A stretch of DNA of 25,991 nucleotides from a virus. Lineage: Duplodnaviria; Caudoviricetes. Below are positions 25,545 to 25,991 of this stretch, piece by piece (position 1 is the stretch's first letter; each line of letters opens with the position of its first letter). The notes under the pieces are model-generated. The model was given only the letters and a program-made list of their open reading frames with translations. It did no database searches and had not been told where the DNA came from. A program made the translations under genes and the position numbers. The DNA lies in the IMG/VR virus record IMGVR_UViG_3300044676_000369, positions 1-25,991 of that record; one strand, given 5' to 3'.

Positions 25545-25577
25545 CCTATAGTCAATTAATTAAATACGGAGATAAAT

Positions 25578-25817
25578 ATGACAAACAAGAAATATAACAA
25601 TATAGCGGACATATCAACTAGCAACCTTTACAAGATGTTAGATGATGTTAGATATCAAAATACTGATAGCCAAACAATGATTAAAGCGGAAATATCTTTT
25701 AGAACAAATACAACGCCTTTAAATCAAATGTTTACTAACGCTGTTGATACTAACGCTATTAATAATTTATCCAAGGATCAGTTAGATAAAGTTGCAGACA
25801 TACTAGGGGTGAAGTAA
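25578..25817 (+). CDS. Hypothetical early protein
   Basis: 79 aa; GGAG SD; downstream of the rightward promoter. Confidence 0.75.
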   Translation: MTNKKYNNIADISTSNLYKMLDDVRYQNTDSQTMIKAEISFRTNTTPLNQMFTNAVDTNAINNLSKDQLDKVADILGVK

Positions 25818-25991
25818 TGGAAACTAAACAAGTAATTTATAACATGCTAACCGAAAATACGGGTACTCATTTTTTAGATAGTGGCGGGGCTAACGACCGC
25901 CATTGGCAAAAAAACCAGTCCAAGACTATTGATGATTTTGATAATGAAGAAGAAATACAAATTATGGATAAAGATTCAGAATATCCGTATC
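25817..25991 (+). CDS. Hypothetical phage protein, truncated at window edge
   Basis: Not in the ORF track. TAATG overlap with the previous stop; METKQVIYNMLTENTGTHFLDSGGANDRHWQKNQSKTIDDF..., open to the end of the window. Confidence 0.75.
   Translation, partial: METKQVIYNMLTENTGTHFLDSGGANDRHWQKNQSKTIDDFDNEEEIQIMDKDSEYPY

Noticed and set aside
1-25991. tRNA, rRNA, integrase or transposase genes
   Set aside because: No cloverleaf or T-loop signature in the few intergenic gaps and no recombinase motifs in the ORFs; inspected by eye only.

Overview
This is a 26 kb fragment of an AT-rich tailed dsDNA phage (Caudoviricetes). It resembles uncultured aquatic podovirus-type phages, but the host cannot be determined from the sequence. 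Positions 1-23.7 kb form one minus-strand virion morphogenesis region. In transcription order it holds three low-complexity or coiled-coil proteins, terminase large subunit, P22-like portal, GroES co-chaperonin, probable scaffold and a Mu gpT-like major capsid protein. These are followed by a terminator, a pseudoknot-forming RNA element (probable Mu-gpT-DE motif), four small basic proteins, head-tail adaptor-like genes, a glycosyltransferase-like gene and a 1519-aa repeat tail fibre with a peptidase-S74 chaperone. Positions 23.75-26 kb are a control/early region with small genes driven by two near-identical divergent promoters. The most unusual signals are (i) a 1.2 kb block with about 28 GATC and about 15 CCWGG sites, bracketed by same-strand CCGAC repeats, (ii) a recurring [FYM]-x-x-G-G peptide motif shared by unrelated proteins, one of which is almost entirely that motif, (iii) the pseudoknot RNA after the capsid gene and (iv) a prion-like G/Y/F/Q/P-rich protein upstream of TerL. 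Family assignments come from motif recognition without database searches, and site counts were done by hand.
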